Source: the human T2T-CHM13v2.0 reference genome, Homo sapiens
NCBI RefSeq assembly: GCF_009914755.1
Contig: NC_060934.1
Strand: one strand, 5' to 3'
Length of the DNA: 64,000 bases
Below, piece by piece: positions 1 to 13,789 of the stretch (the stretch's first letter is position 1; every line of letters starts with the position of its first letter). The translations under genes and the position numbers were made by a program. The notes beneath the pieces were generated by a model. The model saw only the letters and a list, made by a program, of their open reading frames with translations, searched no databases and was not told the DNA's origin.

Positions 1-273
1 CTTTGTTGCCCAGGCTTGGGTGCAGTGGTGCAATCACTGCTCACTGCAGATTCAACCTCCCAAGTTCAAGCAATCCTTCCACCTTGGCCTCCCAAATAGC
101 TAGGACAACAGGTGCACATCACCATGCCCACCTTTTTTTTTTTTTTTAACTTTTGATAGAGACTGGGTCTTGCTATGTTGCCCAGGTTGCTCTTGAACTC
201 CTGGGCTCAAGGAATCCTCTCATTTCAGCCTCTTCAACTGCTGGTATTACAAGCATGAGCCACCATATGGGCT
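1..273 (-). mobile_element. Alu (AluJ-like), cut by the window start
   Basis: Antisense Alu motifs (gttgcccaggct...gtgcagtggtgcaatc; gaactcctgggctcaag; attacaagcatgagccacc) with a T-rich linker. Confidence 0.85.
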
Positions 274-1261
274 GGAAGCTTATTTTTAAAATGCTGAGAT
301 CATATAGATGACAGCACCTGAAAAATAGACAACACCAAGCTTTATGTTAAAAGGTGTGAGGGTATCAATATTGTTGTGGCTATTGGGGAGGAAAACATTA
401 GTAAAACCAGTGAGTTAAAGCTGTTGCTTTAAACTTTGGCCTTAATTCAACAAATGTTCTCTGTGGTGATAGTATGTACGTAACCACGCTATGCTCATTC
501 ACAGATGCAGTAGAAGGAAGAATTTCTCAAAGACAACTGTTCTAAGATTGAAATTAAACCGTACTGGGTTTAAAAAGAGAAAGTCCAGGAATTACCAAAT
601 ATTTTAGATATCAGATAAAAGAGAACGCCAGGTATGCGATGATAATCAGCAATGGTTGTTCACACAATATATCAAATCAGTATTTGAATTAGCTTTTGAA
701 TTACAAGGACAAATGGATCAAGTCTTGACTCTCTAGTAGATAAATCTTATTAGGCTGAGATGTGTTTTCTCTTGTTTTTCCACAAGGAGATTGCAAATTT
801 GCAAACCTCAGCTGCTCTCATTTTATGCTCTCACCAATCCAAAAGCTGAAGTTCATCAATCAGTGTGTCTAAGTGTTCACTAGTTATATACCATTTTGTA
901 GTTTAGGCTATCTTTTCAACTTCCTAAATCATCACCTTCATTTGACCTTGTTTTTTTCCACTATCACTTCTTTATTGACCATATAAAGAATACAAGTAAG
1001 TTCTTATTTTGTTATTGTTCATTTTAGTCTAATCTCATCAAAATATCATAATTCTTTAATTTCATTTTAATTTCAAAGATTAAATGAAACCTACATTGAA
1101 ATGAGTGTAAGATTACATTTGCGTTATTTTGGCATCAATTTGCTATCCTCCCTCATACACATAGAGATCATTTCCATGTACGTGATTTCAAACATCCAAG
1201 TGCAGTATTAAAAGTAGTTGTAAATTATGGTTCTCATTTTCATGATACAATTACTATATAA

Positions 1262-2060
<799 letters not shown>

Positions 2061-2145
2061 GACATAATCTATTTACCTGCAGATTAAAGTGTTCTTTATT
2101 TTTCTTCCTCCATGTCTTAATTTTTTTAAATAATATGAATTGTAG

Positions 2146-2792
2146 TAAAGAGAAAGAAAGAAAAGAAAAGAAAGAAAGTAAAAAGAAGGAAGGAAAGAAG
2201 GAAGGAAAGAAAGAAAGAAAGAAGAAAGAAAAGAAGGAGGAAATGAGATAAGGAAGGAAGGGAGGGAGGGAGGAAGGGAGGGAGGGAGGAAGGGAGAAAG
2301 GCAGGAAGGGAGAAAAAAGAAAGAACACAAGAAAGAAAGGAAGAAAGAAAGAGACAGAGAGAGAAATAAAGTGAGAAAGAAAGAAAGGAAGGAGGAAGGG
2401 AGGAAGGAAAGGAGGAAGAGAGAATGGTAAAAGGGAGGAAGGCAAAGAAAGAAAATAAAGAGGAAAAGGAAGGAAGGAAGGAAGGAAAAATGAGGAAAGG
2501 AAGGGAAGGAGGAAGGAAGAAAAGGAGGGAGGGAGGACGGGAGAAAAAAGAAAGCAAGGAAGTGAGAAAGAAAGAATAAGAGAAAAGAAGGAAGAAAAGA
2601 AGGGAGGGAGAAAGGAAGGGAGGGAGGAGGGAAGGAAGAATCAGAGGAAAGAAAGAAGGAAGCAAAGAAGGAAGGAAGGAGAAAAAAGAAAGAAAAAGAA
2701 AGGAAAAGAAAAAAGAAAAGATGAAAAGAAGAAAGGAAGGAAGAAGGGAAGGGAAGAGAAGAGAAAGGAAGATGGAAAGAAGGAAGGAAGAC
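2146..2792. repeat. Polypurine (GAAA/GGAA/GGGA)n low-complexity tract, ~650 bp
   Basis: Almost exclusively A/G on the + strand; generates the spurious F/L/S/P ORFs on the - strand. Confidence 0.95.
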
Positions 2793-2859
2793 AGCAAACA
2801 TTAGAAATTCTGGTTTTGTTAGAGAATATGCCATACTGTTTTTTTTTCACTTGAAAGGA

Positions 2860-3480
2860 AAGAGTATCTGCCATTGAAGATTGGATGTCTTGTTGGTGAT
2901 ATTGTTCTTATCTTCCATATGATTACTGAGTCTGTTCCTAGTCTGTCCCTCACTAAGACAAAAGTTTTGAAGTCTGTAAATATAATTTTGGATTTTTCTA
3001 GTTCACCTTTGATTTCTTTCATGTTTTACCTCATGTATTTGGAGGTTCTGTTGTTAGCTGCATTCCCTAATTAGTAGGATGTTTACATCTTCTTGAGAAT
3101 TGATTATCATATTATCTATTATCTCTCATCTCTGATACTATTTCTTGTTCTGAACTCTGTTGTGTCTAATATCAATGTAGTCCTTCCACAGATTTATTTT
3201 AGTGTTTCCATGATATGGCTTTCTCCATATCTTGATGATAACCTATTTATATCTCTATATATTTGGAGAAAGATATAAAATTTAGAGTTGATTTTTTAAA
3301 GATTTTCCAAGATGTAATTCTTATTTTTGTTCTATTTGACATTCTCTGAGTTTCCTATATCTGAAGTTTGATTTTCTGTCACTTCTTTTAGAATATTTTT
3401 GGCAGTTATTTTGAAAAATATTTCTTTTGTTCCATTACTTTTTCCTCTTTTCTTTTTGGGATTTCAATTATAACTAGGGT
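2860..3480 (-). mobile_element. Old L1M fragment
   Basis: T-rich antisense L1-like text ('gttttgaagtctgtaaatataattttggat...', 'ggaggttctgttgttagctgcat'). Confidence 0.5.
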
Positions 3481-3706
3481 AGGTAATTTCATCTCAGTCT
3501 TATGCAGGTACCTTTTCTCAGGATCTCAGGAATGCAGACTTCTCACACTTCTGTTCTTTTCCTGGCTGTGTTGGTGAGCTCAGTGATATTCCTCCATCAC
3601 CTTCAAGAGCAGTTTTGTTTTGTTTTTCCTGTTTTCATACTCCCAGCATCAGGAGTGTTCTAGGTGTGTCAGTTTTTGTTACCTTCCCCTACATATTAAG
3701 TGGAAT

Positions 3707-3986
3707 ATCTTGGTCTATTTGGACTCTTATTACAAAATAATATGAACTGGGTGACTAAAAAGCAACAGATATTTCTTTTTTCACACTTCTTGAGGCTGTA
3801 AGGTCTCAGGTCAAGATGCTCACAAATTCAGTGTTGATGAGAGCCCATTTCATGGTTCATAGATGGTGCCTTCTTTCTATGTCCTCACATAGTGGAAGGC
3901 ACACAAGAATTCCATTGAGCTTCTTTTATAAAGGCACTAATCCCATTCATAAGGGCTCGGCCCCCAAGACCTGGTCACCTCCCAAG
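3707..3986 (-). mobile_element. MaLR LTR (MLT1A/MSTD-like)
   Basis: 'ttttataaaggcactaatcccattcataagggctc', 'ggtcaagatgc', 'gtcctcacatagtggaagg' match recalled MaLR LTR motifs. Confidence 0.7.
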
Positions 3987-4829
3987 TGTTCTGCTCTCCC
4001 TGATCTGTATCATATACAGACTCTCTTGGATTCCTTACCAATTGCTTGAGAGATCACATTGGGTTTGTGGGGAAAAAGTTTTCAAGATGATGGATCTTTC
4101 CCGAGTTCTGCAGCTGTCAGCCATCTCCCAATCTGACCAGCCCCACTTTGTCCTTAGGAATTTATTGATTATTCCAGCTTTACTTCTCATAGTGGTGTCT
4201 ATTTGCATCTGTCCTATGTAAGTGCATCTGTCCTCTTTCTCCTTGTAGGTGCTTGCTTTCCCTCACATTTTGACTGAGTTCTTGGCAACCTGGTTGCTAT
4301 AAAAATAAAATCATGACTTTGAAGTTAGTTTGGTTATTACATTGTGGTAAGGTTAGGAGCCCTACTCCATCCCAGCTCTGCAAAACCCAGAATTTTTGGG
4401 GGGTTGAAATTTTAGGCTTTCCCTTTGAATTGTAGTTTTATCTTATTTCAGTTACAATTTGCATTTTAATTATGATTAATGAGACTAAGCTTTTTTTGTG
4501 TAGTTGACTGTACCTTTGGATTTTTTTCCCAAATCCCTTTTCATTTCTTATTTTCTTTATGGTTTCAGAAAATGTAGTTTACATAATTGCAGCTTGATTT
4601 TTTAATCAGTTAATGGCATGCTTAATGGAGAGAAAAAATATTAACTATATTTCCCTTTTTAATTACTGTGCTTTTTTCTTTTTTAAGAAAATATTTCATT
4701 ATGTTAAATTTCAGTGTTATTCTACTTAGCTATTCCTTAAATATTATAGTATTTTGGATTTCACATATAATTTTGTAACATATCTTGAGTTTTTTGTATA
4801 TACAGTAAGGCTATTTTCTCTTTTTTGTT

Positions 4830-5275
4830 TTTTAAGGCAAAAATCACATAATATAAAATTAATAACTTAACCATTTTAAAACATACAATGCAATTGCTTT
4901 TAGTATGTTCACAATGTTCCAGGACAATTTCATCATATCCCTTCTAACAACCCATTATGCATAAAGTTGTTACACCCTATTCTGCTTCCCTGAGCCCTAA
5001 TGACCACTAATCTGATTTATATCCCAATTGATTTGCCGATTCCTGATGTTTCATGTGAATAAAATCAAGTAATGTTTGTCCTTCTGTGAACTTAACATAA
5101 TGCTTTCAAATTTCACCCATATTACACCATGTATAAGTACTTCATTCTTTGTTATAGCTGGAAATTGGGTGTCCACTTATGAGTCAACAAACATATGGAT
5201 TGTTTCCACTTTTTGACTGTATGAATATTACTGCTGTAAATATTCATGCACATGTTTATTTTTTGAGCACCTATG
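4830..5275 (-). mobile_element. L1M 3' end fragment
   Basis: 'cacataatataaaatt...accattttaaaacatacaat...ttttagtatgttcaca' is typical of an antisense L1MB/MC 3' UTR. Confidence 0.6.
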
Positions 5276-5279
5276 TTTT

Positions 5280-6745
5280 GTAAGAGTAACAGCTGACTTA
5301 ACAGAAACAATGGAAGGCAAGAGGCAGTAGAATAATATAGTTGAAAGATGCAAAGGAAAAAAAAAACTGTCAGCCACCAATTCCTTATCCAGCAATTATT
5401 TTTCAAAAATGAAGATAACACAAAGACTTACCCAGATAAACAGAAATATTAACTGAAGTTGTTGCTGGCAGACCTACCATAAAAAAAAAAAAAAACTAAA
5501 ATAAATTCCTAAGGCTAAAAGCAAGTTACACAAGACAGTCATTTGAATCCACATTTTTAAAAAAGCACTGCTATAGGTAATATTAACATTATAAAAGACA
5601 GTATAAATGCATGTTTTCTCTTTATCATAAATTGTTTATAAAATAATATGTGTATAATGGCCGGACACGATGGGTCATGCCTGTAATCTCAGCACTTTGG
5701 GAGGCCGAGGCAGGCATATTACGAGGCCAGAAGATCGAGACCATCCTGGCTAACACAGTGAAACCCCGTCTCTACTAAAAATACAAAAAATTAGCCGGGT
5801 GTGATGGCGGGCGCCTGTAATCCCAGCTACTCGGGAGGCTGAAGCAGAAGAATGCATGAAGCCGGGAGATGGAGCTTGCAGTGAGCGGAGATTGTGCCAC
5901 TGCACTCCAGCCTGGGTGACAGAGGGAGACTCCATCTCAATGATAATAATAATAATAATATGTGCATGATGTATTGCTGAGTATTTGACATGTAGAAACG
6001 TAACATGTCTATAACATATTTTCCAGTAACATCAAAAAGGAGGTAGTTGGAAGAAAAATGTATTGTGATAAGGTAATCCCTCTAGATGGTAAAGTAATAA
6101 TTACTAAAATGTATTGTTGGCTTTGTAACTTTAATAGATGTAATGTGTAAAGTGATAATACCTTAAAATGGAGGAAATAAAAGAGATTTGTAAAAGAATG
6201 ATGTTTCTATTACTAAAAGTTTACTAGTATAAATTGGAAGACGATTTGAATAATTAATTTTCCATATACTTATACGTTAAACTTAAAACAACAACAGAAA
6301 TTCTCAAAAATAAATAGTAAAATAATTCATTAGTAATCTAAAGTTCCTTGTTTGTTTTAGAAAATATTCATTCATTGCAAAATAAAGCAATAAAGAAAAA
6401 TATTTGAGAAATATACAAAACAAACGGTAAAATGGCAGACATAAATAAAATTATACCAATTATAATATTAAATGTGAGCAGATTAAAGTCCAATCAAGAG
6501 GCAGAGATTGTCAGACTGGATTAACACAAGTGATCCCAATATACGCTGAGATGCAAGGATACTAATGCAAAGTAAACAGATGACAAAAAATACCTTGCAA
6601 AGAGCAATCATAAGAACACTGAACTCATTATACTCATAACACACGATATAGACTATTAAAAATGTGAATAGTATTTTAAAAATTTATATTGTAGTAAAAA
6701 GGGTGTCAACGCTTTCGGAAGACATAGCTATTACAATCATGTATG
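5280..6745 (+). mobile_element. Old L1M ORF1/ORF2-start remnant (contains AluY)
   Basis: 'acagctgacttaacagaaacaatggaaggcaagaggcagtagaataatat' and 'ccaatcaagaggcagagattgtcagactggatt' are L1 ORF1 and endonuclease-start motifs. Confidence 0.6.
5660..5953 (+). mobile_element. AluY-like with TSD
   Basis: 'gatcgagaccatcctggctaacac' and 'ggagcttgcagtgagc' are AluY diagnostics; (AAT)n tail; TSD AATAATATGTG(T/C)AT(A/G)AT at 5643-5659 and ~5954-5970. Confidence 0.9.
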
Positions 6746-7175
6746 CACAGATAGGAGCTAAATTGTTTCCTCTATATAGATGCTGAAATCCTAACCACTG
6801 AATATGACCTCATTAGGAAATAGGTTCTTTGCAGGTGATCAAGTTAAGATAAAATCAGATGAGCCTGAATTCCATATGACTGATGTCCTTATAAAAAGAA
6901 GAAATTTGAGTAGAGGGAGACATACACACAGGGAGAGTACCTTGTGATTATGAGGGCAGAGATTAGCCAAGGAATGCCAAAGACTGCCACTAAACCACCA
7001 GAAGCTAGAAACAAGGCATAGAACAGACTTTCTCTCATAGCCCTTGAAGGGACCATCCCTGCTGACACCTCAATCTCAGACCTTTAGCTTCCAGGACTAT
7101 AAGACTATAAATGTATGTTGTTCAAGGCACCCAGTTTGTGTTACTTGGTTATGGCAGCCCTAGAAAACTAAAACA
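6745..7175 (+). mobile_element. MaLR LTR (MLT1C-like)
   Basis: 'gccaaggaatgccaaagactgcc...accaccagaagctag', 'cctgctgacacct', and the end 'gttatggcagccctagaaaactaaaaca'. Confidence 0.8.
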
Positions 7176-7229
7176 TGAACTAATAACAAAGCATAATAAC
7201 ATGAAGCAAAAATTGACAAAAGAGGAGCA

Positions 7230-8745
7230 TCAGCAAAATGGCAGTGGAGACAGCTGCAATCTTTCATTTCCCCACAGAAACATCACACAACTAAGAGAAA
7301 CTGTCCGAATAAACTTTGCCAAATCTCTGGAAAATGGTCAAAAGATTACAACAACCAAGTGAAATCAGACTCAAGAAAAAGACAACTTGAAAACTTTATG
7401 ACATTTTTAACTTGCCTTTGCCCCAGCAAATTGGCAGTTTTGAAGTGTCAGAAGCCCACGTTCCCAATGAGGAACCCTGGTCCATGGTCCAAAGGAACAA
7501 GAGAAGATCTTACCCGCAAATTATAATGTGTCTGTTCTGACTGGTCTGGGGGATACCTAAAGGACTAATGAAAGGCTTTTTTTTCTTCTGCATTGCTAGA
7601 ATACAGAAGAGATAAGGAATGGACATTATTAAGAAACTCTGCAAGGAGACCTAACAAACCACAGATGCTTAGGGCAAAAATTAGAGTTTACACATATAGT
7701 AGATCACCTTCAGCACAGGAAGAAAAGTTGGAGAAGAGTATTTGGAAAACTAAGACATTCAAAATCATTCACGGACATGGGAGAGTCTAGAAAGTCACAT
7801 GTATGCATAGGTTAAGCCACTTGCTGACAAATGTCATAAGAAGACCCTACATTTTTACCTTGGCTGAACCCTCCCCTCAGTGCAAGCTCTGTGCAAGAGT
7901 GAACTTGATCTTCACTCAGTGCAAGAGTGAACACACACTTTGTGCCGGCATTAAAGAACCCAGCACAAAGCCAGTCTGCATGGCGTAGAGACATATCTTG
8001 CTGGATAATGATTCCTTGTTTTTCTTTTTTTGTTGTATTTGCCTGTTTGCTTAGTTCCTGACATACAAAAAAATCACTGTCAAAACATTAGCTTAACATT
8101 TGTTAAGGAAACAAAAAGACTTCAGTGACCACACCTTATAAAGCAAACAGTTTTGTAAATCGCTTTGGAAAATTTCACTAAAAATTAAAACCTTAACAAT
8201 AATAAGTAAATAAAACTTATAACCACAAAACATTAGTGTGTTTGTAGGGGGGGGGTCTGATTTACAGAGTAACCACATAGTAATTATAATTATTATAATG
8301 TCCAGTTTTCAAAAAGTTACAAGGCATACAAAGAATGGGAAAGTATGGCTCATTCAAAGGAACAAAATAAATTGACAGAAAATATCTCTAAGGAAACCCA
8401 GACATCAAACTTACTAGACGAAGACTTTAAAACAACTCTCTTAATTATACTCAAATGTCAAAAGGAAAACAGAAACAAAGAAATAAAGGAATCAGAAAAA
8501 AAATATTAAAAAGTAGGACTATCAACAAAGAGATAACAGAAATTCTGGAGTGGAAAACTACAATGATAAAAATTAAAAAATCACCAGAGGGATTTAAGAG
8601 TATATTTACACACACAGAAGAAGTCATGAGCCTGAAGATAAGAAAATGGAAAATATTGACTCTGAGAAACTGATAAAAAATGAGCAGAGACTAAGGAATC
8701 TGTGGGACATCATCAAATAGACCAACATTCATATTCTAGAAGGTT
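7230..8745 (+). mobile_element. Old L1M 5'/ORF1 fragment
   Basis: 'gacttactagacgaagactttaaaacaact', 'gaaattctggagtggaaaactacaat', 'ctgtgggacatcatcaaatagaccaacatt' are ORF1-like. Confidence 0.6.
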
Positions 8746-8769
8746 AAATTATGTTGTTAAAAATTTTAC

Positions 8770-8925
8770 CATTCTTTCTTTTCACCTTTCTTTCTTCCTC
8801 CCTCCCCCTCCTCCTCCTTTTTACTTTTCGTCCTCTTCCTTTCTCCTGTTTCTCTCTTTCATTATCCCTTTCGCTCTGTTTCTCTTTCTCCCTTTCTCTT
8901 TTTTCTTTTCTTTCAATTTTCTCAA
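8770..8925. repeat. CT-rich low-complexity tract
   Basis: Polypyrimidine run visible directly. Confidence 0.85.
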
Positions 8926-11900
8926 TTACTAAGAGATGTTTAAATACCCTTACCATGTTAGTACATATGGTTATTTATCCCTTTAGTTCTCTTTTGAGAT
9001 TTATAGTCACTCTAAGTAAAGAGATAACCCAAACATAAGCCCCATAAACAGGCTTCCATACCATTCTTAATTTGGTCCTGTAATTCTTCGTTGCTGTATT
9101 AACTTTCTGATGCTTTTAAGGATGTTTTATAACAAATTGTTTAGTTTTTTCCAATGGAATGTTTATTCTGAATTATCTAATTCATATTGTAAGTATATAG
9201 GGAGTTTAATATAAAATTGTTAAACTAATATTTGTGAAAGAATGTATTTGTGCATTTAACAAATATGTTAATCCTCAAACTGTTATTGGGCAGCTGAGCA
9301 TACAGCAATGAAAATAACATAATTTTTACGTGTACAATATTTATGGAATACGTTACTGGAACAAATAAATAATTTAGTTAATAACATGACAAAGAACAGA
9401 AATGGTATACACTATAGAGCACAGTAATGGAATAATGAATGATTAAAGTTATAAATATTAGGTAGAAAATGCAGGGTATCTTTAAGAGCAGATCTCAAGG
9501 AAGCAAGCAATTCGCCTTATGAGGAAAGAGTTACCTGTGGATAAAGGAGAATCTGAAAAATTTACAAGTCAAGACTTTTTGAGCAAAAACAAAAATATGA
9601 CCATTAGTCACCAATTCAGTACAGTGAAAAAAAAGTTGAAGAGATATCTTGGAAGTAAACCATGTTGTGGAAGAGCATGTAGGGTTTTGATAATCATGGG
9701 ATTATTCTGAATTAATTTTAAATGTGATAGGAATATATGAGATACCTTCACCAGAGAATAACATGATTGTGTTTGCATTTCAAAGGAGTGTATCTGGTGC
9801 ACTGTGTAGAATAAGTAGGTCATGTGAGCAAATAAATTGGGAGGCTATTGTAATCCAGAGAAAAAAGGTAGTGACTTAGGTGAAAATGCTGTTAGTATGA
9901 GTGGTATTAGTGGTGAGAAGTCGTTAGGCCATGGATGTATTTCATAGGACTGGCCAAGAGAACTGCAGCTAAATTGGAGTGTAGGGAGTGAAATGGAGAA
10001 CTTAAAGATGACTCTCAGCACTGGAAGGTGACAGCTGTCACTGAAGCATGCTGATGCCTCTTATTAAGAGAGTTACTTGGGAATGGCAAGATCAAAACTT
10101 CTCACTTTCAAATTTATGAAAAATATTGTTTTCAGAACGAATGACTTTGGGATCAGAAAACCATCATTCTAATTGATGGTTCCACGACTACACAAGCTCA
10201 CACTCCCAAGAGCAAAAGTAAATCATCACAAAGGTGCTTCCTGATAATTCTAGAGAATGGAGAAGTACTGTAACATCTTTCTGATTTTAGGAGAGGTAGC
10301 AGTTCCCTTTTTAGCCTAAATGCTATTTTTTTTAAAGCTCAGCCAAGAGACTCTATTATAATTTTCAAATGTGTTTAACTTAAATTCTCATACGAAATAC
10401 CACTATGCTTAAATTAGTCAAAACATTTTCCCCATCTACAACTCTATCTTTTCATTGCAATCATTTTCACCAAACTGACTGCAGCTAAAAGACCCTAAAA
10501 GCGGAAAATCTAGGGTAGGTTATCTGATCTAGTTAGTTTTGCAGACAGGATCTAGAGATTATTTAATATGAAATAGGTCACCTGAAATGAAGTGTTTACT
10601 GAAAACAGTTTGGATAAACCCAGTTTTCTACCACTGAACCATGCATTTGGTTTAAAAAACACAACAACTCTGGGGAATATTGGCTGCTTCCAACTGTGTT
10701 GAAGGTGTTAAAGAAAAGAGCATAAAATTAAAAATGATCATCTGAGGCCTTTATAGTCTCTGCTCAAGAGACTAGAGTCTTCCATTCTTAACGAAACACC
10801 CAAATATCTTCATAATTGGGCAAAATCTAAATATCAGAGAGATAATTTTATCTTGAAGATTGTTAAATTATAATGGTGATTCACTACCTTGCCACGTCTC
10901 TGAGTCAAAAATTAGATCTTTCTTTAGGAATCGATGGTACTGTGCAACTTGGAAATAGGAAGATTTTAGAAGACTCAAACATTGACTTTCTTGTGTGCAA
11001 AAAACAGACGTATTGACATAAGACAAGTCTTTCCTTGCAAGGATACCTCTAATGCTCATACACCACCTCCCCTAATGTTAATATAGCTTCCAGATCACTA
11101 ACCAGTGTCAGAGAGCAGCCTATGCAACTACAAATTCAAAAGATGTCAAACACAGCATCAAGCCTAGAATAAGGAGTCTTAGCTAATTTAGTATGCTTTT
11201 CTCCCCAAATTCATATTAACAAAAACTTGGATATGTCAGAGAATGCATTCTAAGTTCACTCAACCTAGGAGGGAGAAACATAATTTTAAATTAAGAGCTG
11301 AATCATTCTTGTCCTAACAAAGAGCAAGGAAAATGAAATATCACACCACAGGAGGGATTTCACAAATTAGTGTCAACATCAAAACCTTAAAATAGGCAAG
11401 GAAAATGGAGATTCACAATTAACTCTTGTACTTGTTTTGTTCAGAGAAGAGATGGTTCTGAGAGAATGACAGTGAATTAACCCCAACTGGTTTAGTTGGT
11501 GCTTTCAATTGCTGCTTCTGATAAACTCCTTTAGCTAGAATAAATTGATGAGGATTTTGGCATGTGGTATTAGAGATGGTTATTAATTTTGTCCTCTTAT
11601 TTGCGTTGCTCAATGTAGTAAATACTAGCTGTATATGGCTACTTAATTTCAAATTAATTACAATGAAATATACTTACATATTGAATTTTTTAGTCACTGT
11701 TGGTTCATTATTGAATATCTTCAGCTTAGATTTCCCATCTAAATACACTAAGTGGTGGCTTAGTTAACTGGTCGTCCACAAATATTGATGCTGTTGTTAA
11801 CTCCTGATATATTCTCTGCAAATAGAATATTCATGAGCCTCCTCCTGAAACCAGCAGCTTAGAGAGAATTTTATAAATTGGACACAAGTTGGAAATCTAT

Positions 11901-12299
11901 ACTCTTTCAGTTTTTGAAATATTAGCTTCCCAGGGAACAAAATCAAATTCATAAGATATGTTAGGACAATTTAAGTCAAGATGTTCAAAACTGAAATGAC
12001 ATATTCTACAATATGTGATAAAACCACCCCCTAACAACTTAAAGCAAAACAGGTATTGACCTTAAAGACCTGCCTTTTCCTCATCCCCCAGCCAATCAGT
12101 TTTCAAATCTGGCATTTTATTTTAAAAGATCCTTATCCCCCTAGTCTCTTGTTTCTAGACTTGGCACATATTTAAGTTTGTTACCTCTATCTACTGAGTT
12201 TCCTCTCTTCAAACAGTATCTATGCCTGCCAAATGTGAACATACAAAAAACAAATCAGAATGTGCCATTCTGATTTAAACTGCTTATTAGTTAATACCC

Positions 12300-12439
12300 T
12301 CAAGATAACATCTGGGTTCTTAGCTGCAATGAGTCAAGCCTACTTACATCTTTTTTTGTGTTTGGCTGCACATTTCCTATCACATCACACTCCAGCAATG
12401 CCAAGCCGTGCCGCCTTCTACCCCATTTCCACTATTTTG
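12300..12439 (+). repeat. Unique ~140-bp leader of the GC-rich cassette, copy 1
   Basis: Aligns by eye to 40217-40353 with about 13 substitutions and 2 indels. Confidence 0.9.
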
Positions 12440-13570
12440 CCCCCACCGCCGAGGCTTTCTGACCCCGCAGCCGCGGCTTTCTCCCACCGCGGCTTTTTGC
12501 CCCTGCCGCCGCTGCTTTTTGCCACCGCTGCTTTTTGCCGCCGCGGCTTTTCCCCCCACCGCCGCGGCTTTTTACGGAATTTCTCCCCCCGCCGCCGCGG
12601 CTTTTTTGCCCCCTGCCGTCGCAGCCTTTTGCCCCCGCCACGGCCTTTTGCCCCCGCCGCCGCTGCTTTTTGCCCGAGCCTCCACGGCTTTTTGTCCCCG
12701 CCGCCGCGGCTTTTGGCCCCTGCCGCCACGGCTTTTGCCGACGCGGCTTTTTACCCCCACCGCCGCTGCTTTTTGCCCCCGCTGCCACGGGTTTTGGCCG
12801 CCGCGGCTTTTTGCCCCCTCCGCCACGGCTTTTGCCTACCCGGCTTCTTGCCCCGCCGCCGCGGGGTTTTTCCCCCGGCCGCAGCTTTTTGCTGCCACCG
12901 CCGCGCTTTTTTGCCCCGCCACCGAGGCTTCTTGCTCACGCCGCCGCGGCTTTTTGCCCCCGCCGTCGCTGCTTTTTGCCCCAGCTGCCGCTGCTTTTTG
13001 CAGCTTTTTGCCCCTGCCGCCGCGGCTTTTTGTGGTTTTTTGCCCTCGCCGCCGCGGCTTTTTGCCGCTTTTTGCCCCCGTCGCCGCGGCTTTTTGCCCG
13101 CGCCACCGCGGCTTTTAGCAGCTTTTTGCTCCTGCCGCCGCCGCGGCTTTTGAGGCTTTTTGCCCCCCCCCGCCTCAGCTGCTTTCTGCCGCCGCGTCTT
13201 TTTGCCCCCACCGCCACTGCTTTCTCCCACCGCGGCTTTTTGCCCCCACCGCGGCTTTTTGCCCCCGCCACTGCGTCTTTTTGCCTCCGCCGCCGAGTCT
13301 TTTTACCCCTGCCGCCGCGGCTTTTTACCCCGCCGCTGCGCCTTTTTCCCGCGGTGGCTTTTTGACCCCGCTGCCTAGTCTTTTTGTCCCCACCGCCGCA
13401 GCTTTCTGCCCCTGCCACCACCGCTTTTTGCCACCATGGCTTTTTGCCCCCGCCGCAGCGGCTTTTTGCCCCCGCCGCGGCTTTTTGCCCCCGTCGCTGC
13501 GACTTTTTCCCTGGCCGCTGCGCCTTTTTGCCCCCGCTGCTGCGGCTTTTTGCGCCCACCGCCGCGGCTC
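12430..13570. repeat. GC-rich tandem array (GCCGCCGCGGCTTTTTGCCCC)n; GCTTTTTGC / GGGCAAAAGCCG-type pericentromeric repeat
   Basis: Dozens of degenerate ~15-22 bp units, each with a CCGCGG-like core and a T4-6 run. The motif matches the GC-rich repeat known to flank human pericentromeric duplications such as the ABCD1/ALD copies. Confidence 0.9.
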
Positions 13571-13784
13571 TGAGGGCGGGAGCGGCAGACTCCGCTGCCA
13601 GCTCTACTAGCGTCCTGGCGGGGTCAGCGCCGAGGGTCGTTCCTGGTCCAGCTCTTCAGGCTCGGGGGTTCCTTGCCTAGGCTCCCGAGCCCCCTGCCTG
13701 GGCCACTGCGGCTTGCATAGAGCGGCCCTGCGTGCGGCGGCAATGAGAGAAAAGAAGGAGGGTGGTGGCGGGGGTGACGCCGCC
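13571..13784 (+). pseudogene. KSR1P: KSR1 5' UTR/exon-1 fragment (unprocessed KSR1 pseudogene, KSR1P-type)
   Basis: 13713-13784 translates [24 protein letters not shown] versus the recalled KSR1 N-terminus [24 protein letters not shown]. Homology stops at 13784 and the frame ends at TAG 13806-13808. Upstream sequence is CpG-rich and UTR-like. Confidence 0.85.
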
Positions 13785-13789
13785 AGGTC

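Noticed and set aside
12430-13570. Array of intrinsic terminators (GC hairpin + T run) or a CRISPR array
   Set aside because: The context is primate DNA, and the units are degenerate tandem repeats without unique spacers or cas genes.
12260-13680. Long overlapping ORFs (up to 297 aa) as real genes
   Set aside because: They are by-products of a stop-poor tandem repeat, with repetitive peptides in multiple frames and no domain similarity.
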